Assembly (NCBI GenBank): GCA_040752415.1 | Contig: JBFMGU010000211.1 | Coordinates: 1-17,955 of the forward strand | Length of the DNA: 17,955 nt | From: Myxococcota bacterium | GTDB lineage: Bacteria > Myxococcota > JACRCW01 | Direction of reading: 5' to 3' | Shown: positions 1 to 7,440 of the stretch, piece by piece | How the letters are laid out: every line of letters starts with the position of its first letter | Position numbering within the stretch: position 1 is the stretch's first letter | The notes under the pieces: model-generated | Seen by the model: only the letters and a program-made list of their open reading frames with translations | Told to the model about the DNA's origin: nothing | Databases searched by the model: none | Made by a program: the position numbers and the translations under genes

Positions 1-84
1 CTGGATCCCGGGCTGTTCCTGGGGATTGCGGCCATGGTGGTAGTCTCGCGCCTGGCGCGTCGGCGGAGCGCGCGGACCCGCTGA
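1..84 (+). CDS. 3' end of an upstream gene (partial); C-terminal hydrophobic helix plus Arg-rich tail, resembling a MYXO-CTERM-like sorting/anchor signal
   Basis: Frame 1 is open from base 1 to TGA at 82-84 and reads LDPGLFLGIAAMVVVSRLARRRSARTR*, with GC-rich third codon positions. Confidence 0.6.
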   Translation: MDPGLFLGIAAMVVVSRLARRRSARTR

Positions 85-102
85 ATGGGATCGGGGGGAG
101 AC

Positions 103-519
103 ATGGCGCACTTCCACGACGGAGAGCAGGTCAAGCGTGCGCAGTGGGAGGGGCGGTGGTGGTCGCCGGCGCGCGGCATCTACTGCACCGCCGTCAGCGG
201 TCACGTGGACATGGAATGCGTGCAGTTGCTGGAACGCGGCTGGATGCAGACCTTCGAGCGGTCAGGCTCCTCCGTGGTCACCTTCCATGACTGGTCCGGC
301 GTCACGGGCTACGAGACCGACGCGCGCGTGCAGTACACGAAGTGGTCGGAGCCCATCATGAAGGACGTCGCCATGGTGCACATCCTGCTGCAGTCGCGGA
401 TCGTCGCCATGGGCGTGTCGGTGGCCAACATCGTGCTGGGCGGGAAGCTCAAGGCCACCTCCGACCGGGCGGCCTTCGAACGCCTCCGTGACGCCGCGCT
501 CCGGTCCGTGAACGCCTGA
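103..519 (+). CDS. Hypothetical protein, STAS/SEC14 (SpoIIAA-like) family as seen in myxobacteria
   Basis: ORF 85..519. ATG at 103 follows GGGGGGAG (ATG at 85 is the alternative start). Pattern 'VSGHVD...TFHDWSGVTGYETDAR...VHILLQSRIVAMGVSVANIVLGG' resembles myxobacterial STAS/SEC14-type proteins. Confidence 0.65.
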   Translation: MAHFHDGEQVKRAQWEGRWWSPARGIYCTAVSGHVDMECVQLLERGWMQTFERSGSSVVTFHDWSGVTGYETDARVQYTKWSEPIMKDVAMVHILLQSRIVAMGVSVANIVLGGKLKATSDRAAFERLRDAALRSVNA

Positions 520-582
520 AGCCCTGGCCGCAGACCTGCCTCAGCCCCGGCCCGCGCTCCAGGCCGGATGGTTGGGCGGATG

Positions 583-611
583 TTGACACCCTCGTTGCCA
601 CTCCATACTTT
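583..611 (+). promoter_or_regulatory. Sigma70-type promoter for the FmdB gene
   Basis: Perfect TTGACA (583-588), 17-nt spacer, TACTTT (606-611), in the intergenic region 66 nt upstream of ATG 678. Confidence 0.6.
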
Positions 612-677
612 GGCCTCCGTCTTGCCCGGGTGGCTCAGTCGACCAACGCCCGGCTGCCAGGTCCGTTGGAGTAGGTC

Positions 678-938
678 ATGCCCATCTACGAGTACGAGTG
701 TTCCGCCTGCGGGTCCCACCACGAGGTGGTGCAGAAGATGTCGGACCCACCCCTGACCACCTGTGAGAAGTGTGGTGAGGCCAAGCTGGAGAAGCTCATC
801 AGCCACAGCGCGTTCCACCTCAAGGGTGGCGGCTGGTACTCGGACCTCTACAGCTCCTCGTCGGGCTCCAAGGACAAGAAGCCGGAGTCCAAGAGCGAGT
901 CCAGCACCAAGAGCGAAACCAAGGCCGCATCGGCCTGA
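678..938 (+). CDS. FmdB-family zinc-ribbon protein (putative regulatory protein)
   Basis: MPIYEYECSACG...CEKCG...KLISHSAFHLKGGGWYSDLY is the FmdB-family signature, followed by a Ser/Lys-rich tail. SD GGAG at 668-671. Confidence 0.92.
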   Translation: MPIYEYECSACGSHHEVVQKMSDPPLTTCEKCGEAKLEKLISHSAFHLKGGGWYSDLYSSSSGSKDKKPESKSESSTKSETKAASA

Positions 939-1019
939 GACGGTGTTGGCGCGCGTTCCCGCGGCCCACCCCTGCACGGCGACCCCGGACGGTACGGAGC
1001 CGCTCCCCCCACCGCTTCC

Positions 1020-2630
1020 GTGACCGACAACATCCAGCGCGACCTGGCCGCGCTTCACCGCGAGATCTACCGCAGGAACCAGGAGCGCATCGCCGCCTCC
1101 GTGGCCGACACCGGCCCGGACTTCCGTCGCTACGAGGCGCGCTACCGCAACCACACCCGTCGCTACCAGGCCGTCAGCACGCCGGATGAGCTGTTCACCG
1201 AGCTGCACGACGCCGACGTCATCTACCTGGGCGACTACCACACGCTGCCGCAGGCCCAGAAGACCTGCGTGCGCCTGCTGCGTCGCCTGGCGCCCACCCG
1301 CCCCGACCTGTGCGTGGGCCTGGAGGTGGTGCAGGGTCGTCACCAGCGCGCGCTGGACCTGCACGTGGCCGGCAAGCTGGGAGAGGCCAGCTTCCTCCAG
1401 CGCATTGGCTTCCAGCGCCACTGGATCTTCGGCTCGTTCGAGCCCTTCCGTCCCATCCTGGACCTGGTCCGGGAGCACGGCCTGACGGCGCTGGCGTTGG
1501 ACCTGGCCAGCAAGCCCGGGGTCACCCTCCAGGAGCGCGACGACTACGCGGCCGAGCGCATTGCCATTGCGTTGGCGGCGGGGAGACCGGTGCTGGCGTT
1601 GATGGGTGAGCTGCACATGGCCCCGCCGCACCTGCCCACCGCGGTGAAGAAGGCGCTGGCCAAGCGGGATCCTCGACGGGCACGCGCGCTGAAGGAGGTC
1701 ATTGTCTACCAGAACCCGGAGGGCATCTACGCCAAGCTCACCGAGCGCGGACTGGAGCACCAGGCGGAGGTGGTGCGCGTGGCGCCGGGGATCTTCTCGC
1801 TGAACGCCACGCCGCCGCTCATCTGCCAGCAGAGCTTCCTGCTCTGGCTGGAGGAGGACGACCGCGCGCTGCTGGATGCCGGCGTGAGCGCGGAGCAGTT
1901 CCGGGAGAGTGCGCGGCTGGTGGCGCAGCTGCTGGGCGTCAACGTCGACACCGAGCTGGACGGCGTGACCGTGCACAGCGTGGGAGACCTGCGGTTCCTC
2001 AATGGGCTGCGTCGCAGCGGGACGTTGACGCCGCGGGAGCTGGGGCATCTCAAGAGCCAGATTGCCCGCGGGGAGAGCTTCTACCTGCCGCGCGCGCGGG
2101 TGGCGTACCTGGCCAGCCCGTCCATCAACCACGCCGCGGAGGAGGCCACGCACTTCGTCCGGCACGCCTGCGGCGGCGACGCGGAGCCGCGCGGCGCGGT
2201 GGACGCGTTCTATTACACCGCCCTCAACGAGATGATGGGCTTCTTTGGCAGCAAGCTCGTCAACCACCGACGGAAGGCGCCCGACCCCAAGGCCATGCGT
2301 GAGCTGGTGCAACAGCCGCCACCTGGCCGGGAGACCGACGCGCGCATTGCCCAGCTGGCGCTCTCGCACCGTGAGGGGGAGCTGGCACGGGAGCTGGGCG
2401 GGGTGCTGGAGGTCCTGGCCGCGCCCTCGCCGCTGCAGTACGGCGTGGCGCACGTGCTGGGCTACTGGCAGGGCGAGCGGCTGTACTACGCGCTGATGCA
2501 CGGCAAGGTGACGCGCGACCAGGTGCGGGAGCTGTTCCAGGCGCCGCTGAACGGCGAGGGGCAGTCCATCCGGGCCTACTTCCGCTGGGCGCACCTGCTG
2601 CGGCGCGTGCGTCCCCCCGCCCGGTTGTGA
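1020..2630 (+). CDS. ChaN-like (EreA/ChaN/TIKI-superfamily) domain protein with additional C-terminal domain
   Basis: 536-aa ORF with strong GC3 bias. 'ADVIYLGDYHT', 'VGLEVV', 'ERDDYAAERI' and 'LALMGELHM' match the ChaN motif layout. No signal peptide. GTG start with no clear SD, so the start is uncertain. Confidence 0.75.
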   Translation: MTDNIQRDLAALHREIYRRNQERIAASVADTGPDFRRYEARYRNHTRRYQAVSTPDELFTELHDADVIYLGDYHTLPQAQKTCVRLLRRLAPTRPDLCVGLEVVQGRHQRALDLHVAGKLGEASFLQRIGFQRHWIFGSFEPFRPILDLVREHGLTALALDLASKPGVTLQERDDYAAERIAIALAAGRPVLALMGELHMAPPHLPTAVKKALAKRDPRRARALKEVIVYQNPEGIYAKLTERGLEHQAEVVRVAPGIFSLNATPPLICQQSFLLWLEEDDRALLDAGVSAEQFRESARLVAQLLGVNVDTELDGVTVHSVGDLRFLNGLRRSGTLTPRELGHLKSQIARGESFYLPRARVAYLASPSINHAAEEATHFVRHACGGDAEPRGAVDAFYYTALNEMMGFFGSKLVNHRRKAPDPKAMRELVQQPPPGRETDARIAQLALSHREGELARELGGVLEVLAAPSPLQYGVAHVLGYWQGERLYYALMHGKVTRDQVRELFQAPLNGEGQSIRAYFRWAHLLRRVRPPARL

Positions 2631-2748
2631 AGCAATGCGCCAGTGACGACGTCCAAGGTTGCGGGAAAACGTTTTGTTGACCCCAACCAAGCCCTCCAAG
2701 TAACGCAGCACACGGGGCAAGAACTCACCCAAACCAAGGAGCATGAGC

Positions 2749-3477
2749 ATGCGGAATGTGCGTTCGCTGGGAGTCGTGCTGGGGTTGACGGTTTCCGTTG
2801 GCGGCGGGACGGCCTGGGCGGCCGACTACAAGGTGGATCCGGCCAAGAGCTCGCTGGTGGTGCAGACGTTCATCGGCGGGATGGCGGGGAGCCTGGGTCA
2901 TGACCACATCGTCAACGCCACGGACTACAGCGGCACCATCAAGTTCGACCCGGCCGCGCCCGACGGCACCGCCGTCAACGTGGAGGTGAAGACGGCGAGC
3001 CTGAAGGCGGACGTGCCCGAGGTGCGGAAGAGGTTCGGCTACGAGAAGGGGCCCAACGAGAAGGACCGCGCGGAGATCGAAAGCAACATGCGCGCGGAGA
3101 ACCAGCTCCACACCTCCAAGTACCCGACGATGAGCTTTGTCTCGACCAAGGTGACCAAGCAGGGTGAGGGTCAGTTCCTGGTGGCGGGCAAGCTGACCAT
3201 CCGCGGCGTCACCAAGGACGTGAGCTTCCCGGCCAAGGTGGTTGTCGAGGGCAACACGGTGCGCGGTACCGGCCAGCTGAAGTTCAACCAGAGCAGCTTC
3301 GGCTACTCGCCGTACAGCGCGGCGCTGGGCGCATTGAAGAACAAGGATGAGGTTGTGCTGCACCTGGACCTGGTGGGCGTGACCGACGCGGCCGCTGCCG
3401 CACCGCCTCCCGCTGCAACGCCGGTGCAGGCGACCCCCGCGGCCCAGCCTGCGCAGCCCGCGCCCGCCAAGAAGTGA
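2749..3477 (+). CDS. YceI-family secreted lipid/polyisoprenoid-binding protein
   Basis: Signal peptide ending AWA-A, then 'YKVDPAKSSL', 'LHTSKYPTMSFVST', 'GKLTIRGVTKDV' and 'FNQSSFGY'. Pro/Ala-rich tail. SD AAGGAG (2736-2741) fits ATG 2749 better than ATG 2743. Confidence 0.92.
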   Translation: MRNVRSLGVVLGLTVSVGGGTAWAADYKVDPAKSSLVVQTFIGGMAGSLGHDHIVNATDYSGTIKFDPAAPDGTAVNVEVKTASLKADVPEVRKRFGYEKGPNEKDRAEIESNMRAENQLHTSKYPTMSFVSTKVTKQGEGQFLVAGKLTIRGVTKDVSFPAKVVVEGNTVRGTGQLKFNQSSFGYSPYSAALGALKNKDEVVLHLDLVGVTDAAAAAPPPAATPVQATPAAQPAQPAPAKK

Positions 3478-3484
3478 ATCCCTT

Positions 3485-3525
3485 CCGCGCGCCTCGGCCT
3501 TCCTCGTCGGGGCGCGTGGTTTCTT
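3485..3525 (+). terminator. Intrinsic terminator after the YceI gene (lies between convergent genes)
   Basis: 14-bp stem CCGCGCGCCTCGGC (3485-3498) / GTCGGGGCGCGTGG (3506-3519), fully paired with three G-U pairs, 7-nt loop, followed by TTTCTT. Confidence 0.7.
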
Positions 3526-3537
3526 CCCTTCCGCCCG

Positions 3538-3912
3538 TCAGTCATCCAGGCGCGCGCGACCGCGTGACGCCTTGACGCGTCCGCGCGCCTTCTTGTCCTC
3601 CACGCGACGTCGCTGCGACGAGCGGGTGGGCTTGGTGGCGGTGCGTGGCTTGGGTTTGTAGTTGAGGCGCTTGAGCGCTTCCACCAGCCGCTCGAAGGCG
3701 ACTTCCTTGTTCGCGTGCTGACTGCGTCGCTCGGTGGCGGTGATGATGAGACCGCTGGGCGGATGGAACAGGCGCACGCCGCTTTCGGTCTTGTTGCGGT
3801 GCTGCCCCCCCGGCCCCCCGACGACGATGGGCTCCACCTCCGTCACGCGCTCCAGCGCCTCGGCGGACGTGTCATACGGCGGTGGGTGTTGCGGTGGTCG
3901 TCGCAGGGACAT
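3538..3912 (-). CDS. Peptide chain release factor-like peptidyl-tRNA hydrolase (ArfB/C12orf65-like ribosome rescue factor)
   Basis: 124 aa with GGPGGQHRNKTESGVRLFH, 'ERRSQHANK' and an ArfB-type basic tail KPKPRTATKPTRSSQRRRVEDKKARGRVKASR. No codon-recognition domain. Confidence 0.88.
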   Translation of the reverse strand: MSLRRPPQHPPPYDTSAEALERVTEVEPIVVGGPGGQHRNKTESGVRLFHPPSGLIITATERRSQHANKEVAFERLVEALKRLNYKPKPRTATKPTRSSQRRRVEDKKARGRVKASRGRARLDD

Positions 3913-4023
3913 GATGCGCGAATGCTAACTCGTCTGCGACGCCGTGTCCTCGGCGCGGTGCGTTCACTCCCTGGAGTCAACATGCGGTAGCTTGGCCGTA
4001 GCTGGACGGTTGAGGAGATTGCG

Positions 4024-5793
4024 ATGGCACCGCGAACAAGTGTGTTGGCCGCTCTCCTCTTGCTTGGCGCGGGATGCCAATACTTCCAGGCCGCAACGTG
4101 CACGACCTCCGACGAAGAGTGTCCGGAGGACGCGTACTGCGATGTGGCCGCGGGCGTGTGTCGGATTGGCAGCCGGAGCCGAGACGGGGGGCTCGGGAGT
4201 GAGTCGTCATCTGGCGCGGGCTCCGGCTCATCGACGTCAGGCAGCGCTTCTTCGTCCGGCAGCACGTCCGAGGCGCAGCAATCCTCATCGGCGGAATCTT
4301 CCTCCACGACCTCGGCGAGCACCTCTTCCTCGTCCACATCGACAGCAACGTCTGGCAGTTCCTCCTCACCTTCGTCATCGAGCGGCGCGTCTGGGACCAC
4401 ATCAACCGCAGGCGGGACCGGCTCGTCGTCGTCATCGTCGTCCGGCGGCAGTTCGTCGTCGTCCGCATGCAACAACGGATCCGACGGTGGTGTGCAAGCA
4501 TGCTGCACCGCGGATGAGACCAACTGCCACGGCGCGTGCGTGGACACCGACGAGGACCCGGCGAACTGCGGCGCGTGCGACAGCCCCATCCCCCAGCCCA
4601 ACGCGGACGTGTGCCAGGGCGGTGCTCCCGCGTGTGCCGCGCGCAACGATGGGCAGGCGTGTCCGGCCGAGCAACCCGTTTGCACCACGGACCAGGCGCT
4701 GCCGTGCATCTGCGTCGACGACAGCAGCTGCGGTCCCGACGCTCCCATCTGCTGCGGTGGGCAGTGCACCGACGAGACCGAGGCGTGCGGGTGCGTCGCC
4801 GACGTGGCGACGGGCGGCGCCGTGTCCGCGTGCAGCCCGCAGGCGGCGGGCGGTGAGTGCATCTCGCTGACGGGGACGGTGCTCGTGGGTGAGCCGGCGG
4901 ACAACACGGTGCGCGCGGCCTATCACTCGGCCACGTGTGGCTGCACGCCGAACAACGGCCAGCCCGTGGCGACGCAGACGGTGTGTGAGTCGGTGGGCGG
5001 CTTCCAGGACCTGTGCGCCAGTCCCGCGCCCGACGCTGGCGTGGCAGGGACGTGTGTGCCGCAGAACTTCCCCGCGCGCGACGCCGGAATGCCGGCGGGC
5101 AACTGTGGCGAGGTGGGAAGGACCTGTGATCCCGTGGCGGGTGGACTCAACTGCGTCGCGGAGAGTGGCGTTGGCGCGTGCCAGTGCAGTCCTACGGCGG
5201 CGAACGAGGATGCGTGTGGCAGTCCGGTGCCGGGACCGACGCGGACTCACGTCGTGGCAGATTATTGTCGCAACAACGTCCCGCGTATTTGCGACTGCCT
5301 CGATGAGCCGGGCAACGCAACCTGCGACCCTCAAGGAACGACGCCGGATTGTTGTCCTGGTGGCTGCGTCAACCTCGAAACCGACGTCAACAACTGCGGC
5401 ATTTGCAGGGAGGCGTGCCTCTACACCGTTGGCTCCGCGCCCTGCGGGACCGACGGCCTGGAGCCCGGTCAGTGCGGCTGCGACGACACCCTCGGGTCGT
5501 CTTGCCCGGTGAACGGCGGCGGTGGCGGAGAGACGTGCGTCAGCGGCGCGTGCGTCTGCATCGGCGCCAACCTGAACATCTGCACGCCGGGAACCACGTG
5601 CAACAACAGCGGAAGCCGAGGTTGCTGCGAGTGGGGCTTCAACACGCTCCCCAACAGCTGCCTGCCGCCCGTCAACGGCTTCACGTGTCCCGCGGACCCG
5701 AACAATGCCGCCAAGCGTGTGTGCTTCAACGGCGCGGGCGTAACGAGCTGCTGCCCCAACGGATGCCAGCCCGACGGGACCTGTATCCCGTGA
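4024..5793 (+). CDS. Large cysteine-rich lipoprotein (myxobacterial type) with Ser-rich linker
   Basis: SD GAGGAG, signal peptide ending LLLLGAG-C, about 65 Cys by hand count, and two CxxxCVxxxxDxxNCGxC motifs. Confidence 0.85.
   Translation: MAPRTSVLAALLLLGAGCQYFQAATCTTSDEECPEDAYCDVAAGVCRIGSRSRDGGLGSESSSGAGSGSSTSGSASSSGSTSEAQQSSSAESSSTTSASTSSSSTSTATSGSSSSPSSSSGASGTTSTAGGTGSSSSSSSGGSSSSSACNNGSDGGVQACCTADETNCHGACVDTDEDPANCGACDSPIPQPNADVCQGGAPACAARNDGQACPAEQPVCTTDQALPCICVDDSSCGPDAPICCGGQCTDETEACGCVADVATGGAVSACSPQAAGGECISLTGTVLVGEPADNTVRAAYHSATCGCTPNNGQPVATQTVCESVGGFQDLCASPAPDAGVAGTCVPQNFPARDAGMPAGNCGEVGRTCDPVAGGLNCVAESGVGACQCSPTAANEDACGSPVPGPTRTHVVADYCRNNVPRICDCLDEPGNATCDPQGTTPDCCPGGCVNLETDVNNCGICREACLYTVGSAPCGTDGLEPGQCGCDDTLGSSCPVNGGGGGETCVSGACVCIGANLNICTPGTTCNNSGSRGCCEWGFNTLPNSCLPPVNGFTCPADPNNAAKRVCFNGAGVTSCCPNGCQPDGTCIP
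4198..4464 (+). repeat. Low-complexity Ser/Gly/Thr-rich coding linker
   Basis: About 89 codons dominated by TCN/AGY; translation SESSSGAGSGSSTSGS...SSSSSSSGGSSSSS. Confidence 0.85.
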
Positions 5794-5802
5794 TTCCCGT
5801 CG

Positions 5803-7440
5803 TCACGGAGCCTTGCGCGCGCCGCTGAGCGCCACCTGCTCATGGTGCATCTGGATTCTCGGCGCGCGGAAGTAGTGCATGGGCGAGTAGTACAGCAGGT
5901 TGCTCACGCGTGACGTGTAGATGCACGCGTAGTCCTCCACCTGCTCACCAAAGCGGCTGAGCTCGTGCGCTTCCTTGAAGACCATGCCCCAGTGCGGGTT
6001 GATGGCGTTGGCCACCTCCGCCTCGATCTCCTGCGCCTGCGTGGCCACCGCTTTCAACGCGCGCTTGTCGTCGTCCAGCTGGCGACGCAGCTGCCGCGTG
6101 GCCGCCTCCACCGCCGCCGGCTCCGCGTTCTGCACCAGCCCGCTTCCCCCCGCCGCCATGTCCTGCTCAATACGCGCCAGCAGGGCCTTCTGCTGACTGA
6201 CGGCGTCGTCGAGCGCGTAGCGCTTGCGGTCCAGGTCGGCCAACGCCCACAGCCGCGCGCGGTGCGTCTCCACCGTCTGGATCTCCTCCTCCAGCTCCTG
6301 CACCACCAGCGCCGTGCGCCACAGGTTGTCCTTCTTGGAGCGCATGATGTCGCCGTAGATGTGGTCACCCACATACAGGATCTCGTCGCCACGCAGGCCG
6401 GTGCGACGCTCGAACTCGTGGATGTTCCCGCCCTGGTACACGTGCCCGCGCTCAAAGCGCTCCGGCAGGTGGTTGGGCCGCGGCAGGCCGGTGACGACGT
6501 CAACCTCCAGGAACGGGTTCTGCTCCGTGAAGAAGCGCGGCTTGGAGGAGCCCACCACCACCACGTCAAAGAACTGCCGCCACGACGGGTACTCGTGCAG
6601 ACCCGCCTCCAGCAGGAAGCTCATGACGTGGGAGGTGTAGTCCCAGAGGCTGTTGGTGATGAGGTAGAGCTTCTTGCCACTGCTGCGCAGCTTGTGCAGC
6701 GTCAGCGGCAGCTCCGGGTCCTTGAGGATGTACTGCGCGAGGTCGCGCTTGATGATGGACTTCAGGCTGTCGTCGCGGTGCGCTTCGTCAATGCACTCCC
6801 GCACGTCCACGAACAGCTTGTCATAGTCCATCACCGGCGGTGGGCCGTTGGGCGCCTCGCCCTCGACAGGTGGCGGCGGATGCAGCGGCTCCACGCCGCG
6901 TCCGGCCGCGTGGCGCGCCTCGAAGTGGTCGACGAGGTTCGCGTAGAGGCAGGCCTCCGGCATGGAGAACAACGTGTCCAGCGACGCGTAGTGCTTGTTC
7001 TTGGAGAGGCGCACGCTGACGGTGCGGTAGACTTCCTTGCGCTCCTCACGTGGCAGCTTCCGTCGACCATGGAACACGCGACCGACGTGGCCGTGCGCGT
7101 CCATCTTCAGGATGTTGCCGCGCAGCCGGTCCACCACCAGACCGCGGATGACGAACGTGGGGTCATACGGGATGTTGGCAATCTCCGCCGGGTACCCACG
7201 TTTGTTGATCAGCTTCTCGATGGTGAGCTTGTACTGGAGCTCTTCCATGGGCACGCGTTTGTAGATGGCCAGCGTGTAGTCCATGTCGAACCCCACGCCC
7301 TTGACGGTGTCCAGGCGGAGGTCGCGGTTGACGAAGACCTGACGGGCTGTCTCGAGGGGAGCGCGCAGCTCGGAGGCGTAGAGCGCGTCCAGGAGCGCGG
7401 CGCCTGCGCCTGCGTCCTGGGTTGCTACGGAACGCACCAT
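5803..7440 (-). CDS. HAD-IG family 5'-nucleotidase (cytosolic purine 5'-nucleotidase, cN-II-like)
   Basis: 'VFVNRDLRL', motif I GFDMDYTLA, motif II LITNS, motif III KPRFF, motif IV YVGDHIYGDI, and 'YACIYTSRVSNL'. Start placed at ATG 7440 because the longer ORF (to 8046) is antisense to the next gene. Confidence 0.93.
   Translation of the reverse strand: MVRSVATQDAGAGAALLDALYASELRAPLETARQVFVNRDLRLDTVKGVGFDMDYTLAIYKRVPMEELQYKLTIEKLINKRGYPAEIANIPYDPTFVIRGLVVDRLRGNILKMDAHGHVGRVFHGRRKLPREERKEVYRTVSVRLSKNKHYASLDTLFSMPEACLYANLVDHFEARHAAGRGVEPLHPPPPVEGEAPNGPPPVMDYDKLFVDVRECIDEAHRDDSLKSIIKRDLAQYILKDPELPLTLHKLRSSGKKLYLITNSLWDYTSHVMSFLLEAGLHEYPSWRQFFDVVVVGSSKPRFFTEQNPFLEVDVVTGLPRPNHLPERFERGHVYQGGNIHEFERRTGLRGDEILYVGDHIYGDIMRSKKDNLWRTALVVQELEEEIQTVETHRARLWALADLDRKRYALDDAVSQQKALLARIEQDMAAGGSGLVQNAEPAAVEAATRQLRRQLDDDKRALKAVATQAQEIEAEVANAINPHWGMVFKEAHELSRFGEQVEDYACIYTSRVSNLLYYSPMHYFRAPRIQMHHEQVALSGARKAP

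Noticed and set aside
624..641. GCCCGGGTGGCTCAGTCG resembles the 5' end of a tRNA (acceptor strand plus D-arm start)
   Set aside because: No D-stem complement, anticodon arm or GTTCRA T-loop follows, and no integrase is nearby to suggest an att remnant.
309..2750. 813-aa minus-strand ORF, and similar long antisense ORFs (5965..7659, 9441..11069, 12286..14103, 14894..16129, 15900..17168)
   Set aside because: They lie antisense to well-supported genes and have no recognisable motifs. Long shadow ORFs are expected with strong GC3 bias.
3538..3912. Truncated prfA/prfB pseudogene or frameshifted RF2
   Set aside because: It has its own start, an intact ArfB-type basic tail and no adjoining RF domains or RF2 frameshift site.
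4198..4464. TCG/TCN-rich repetitive DNA as a possible CRISPR array or contingency repeat
   Set aside because: There is no repeat-spacer structure and codons are mixed, so it is a poly-Ser coding linker.
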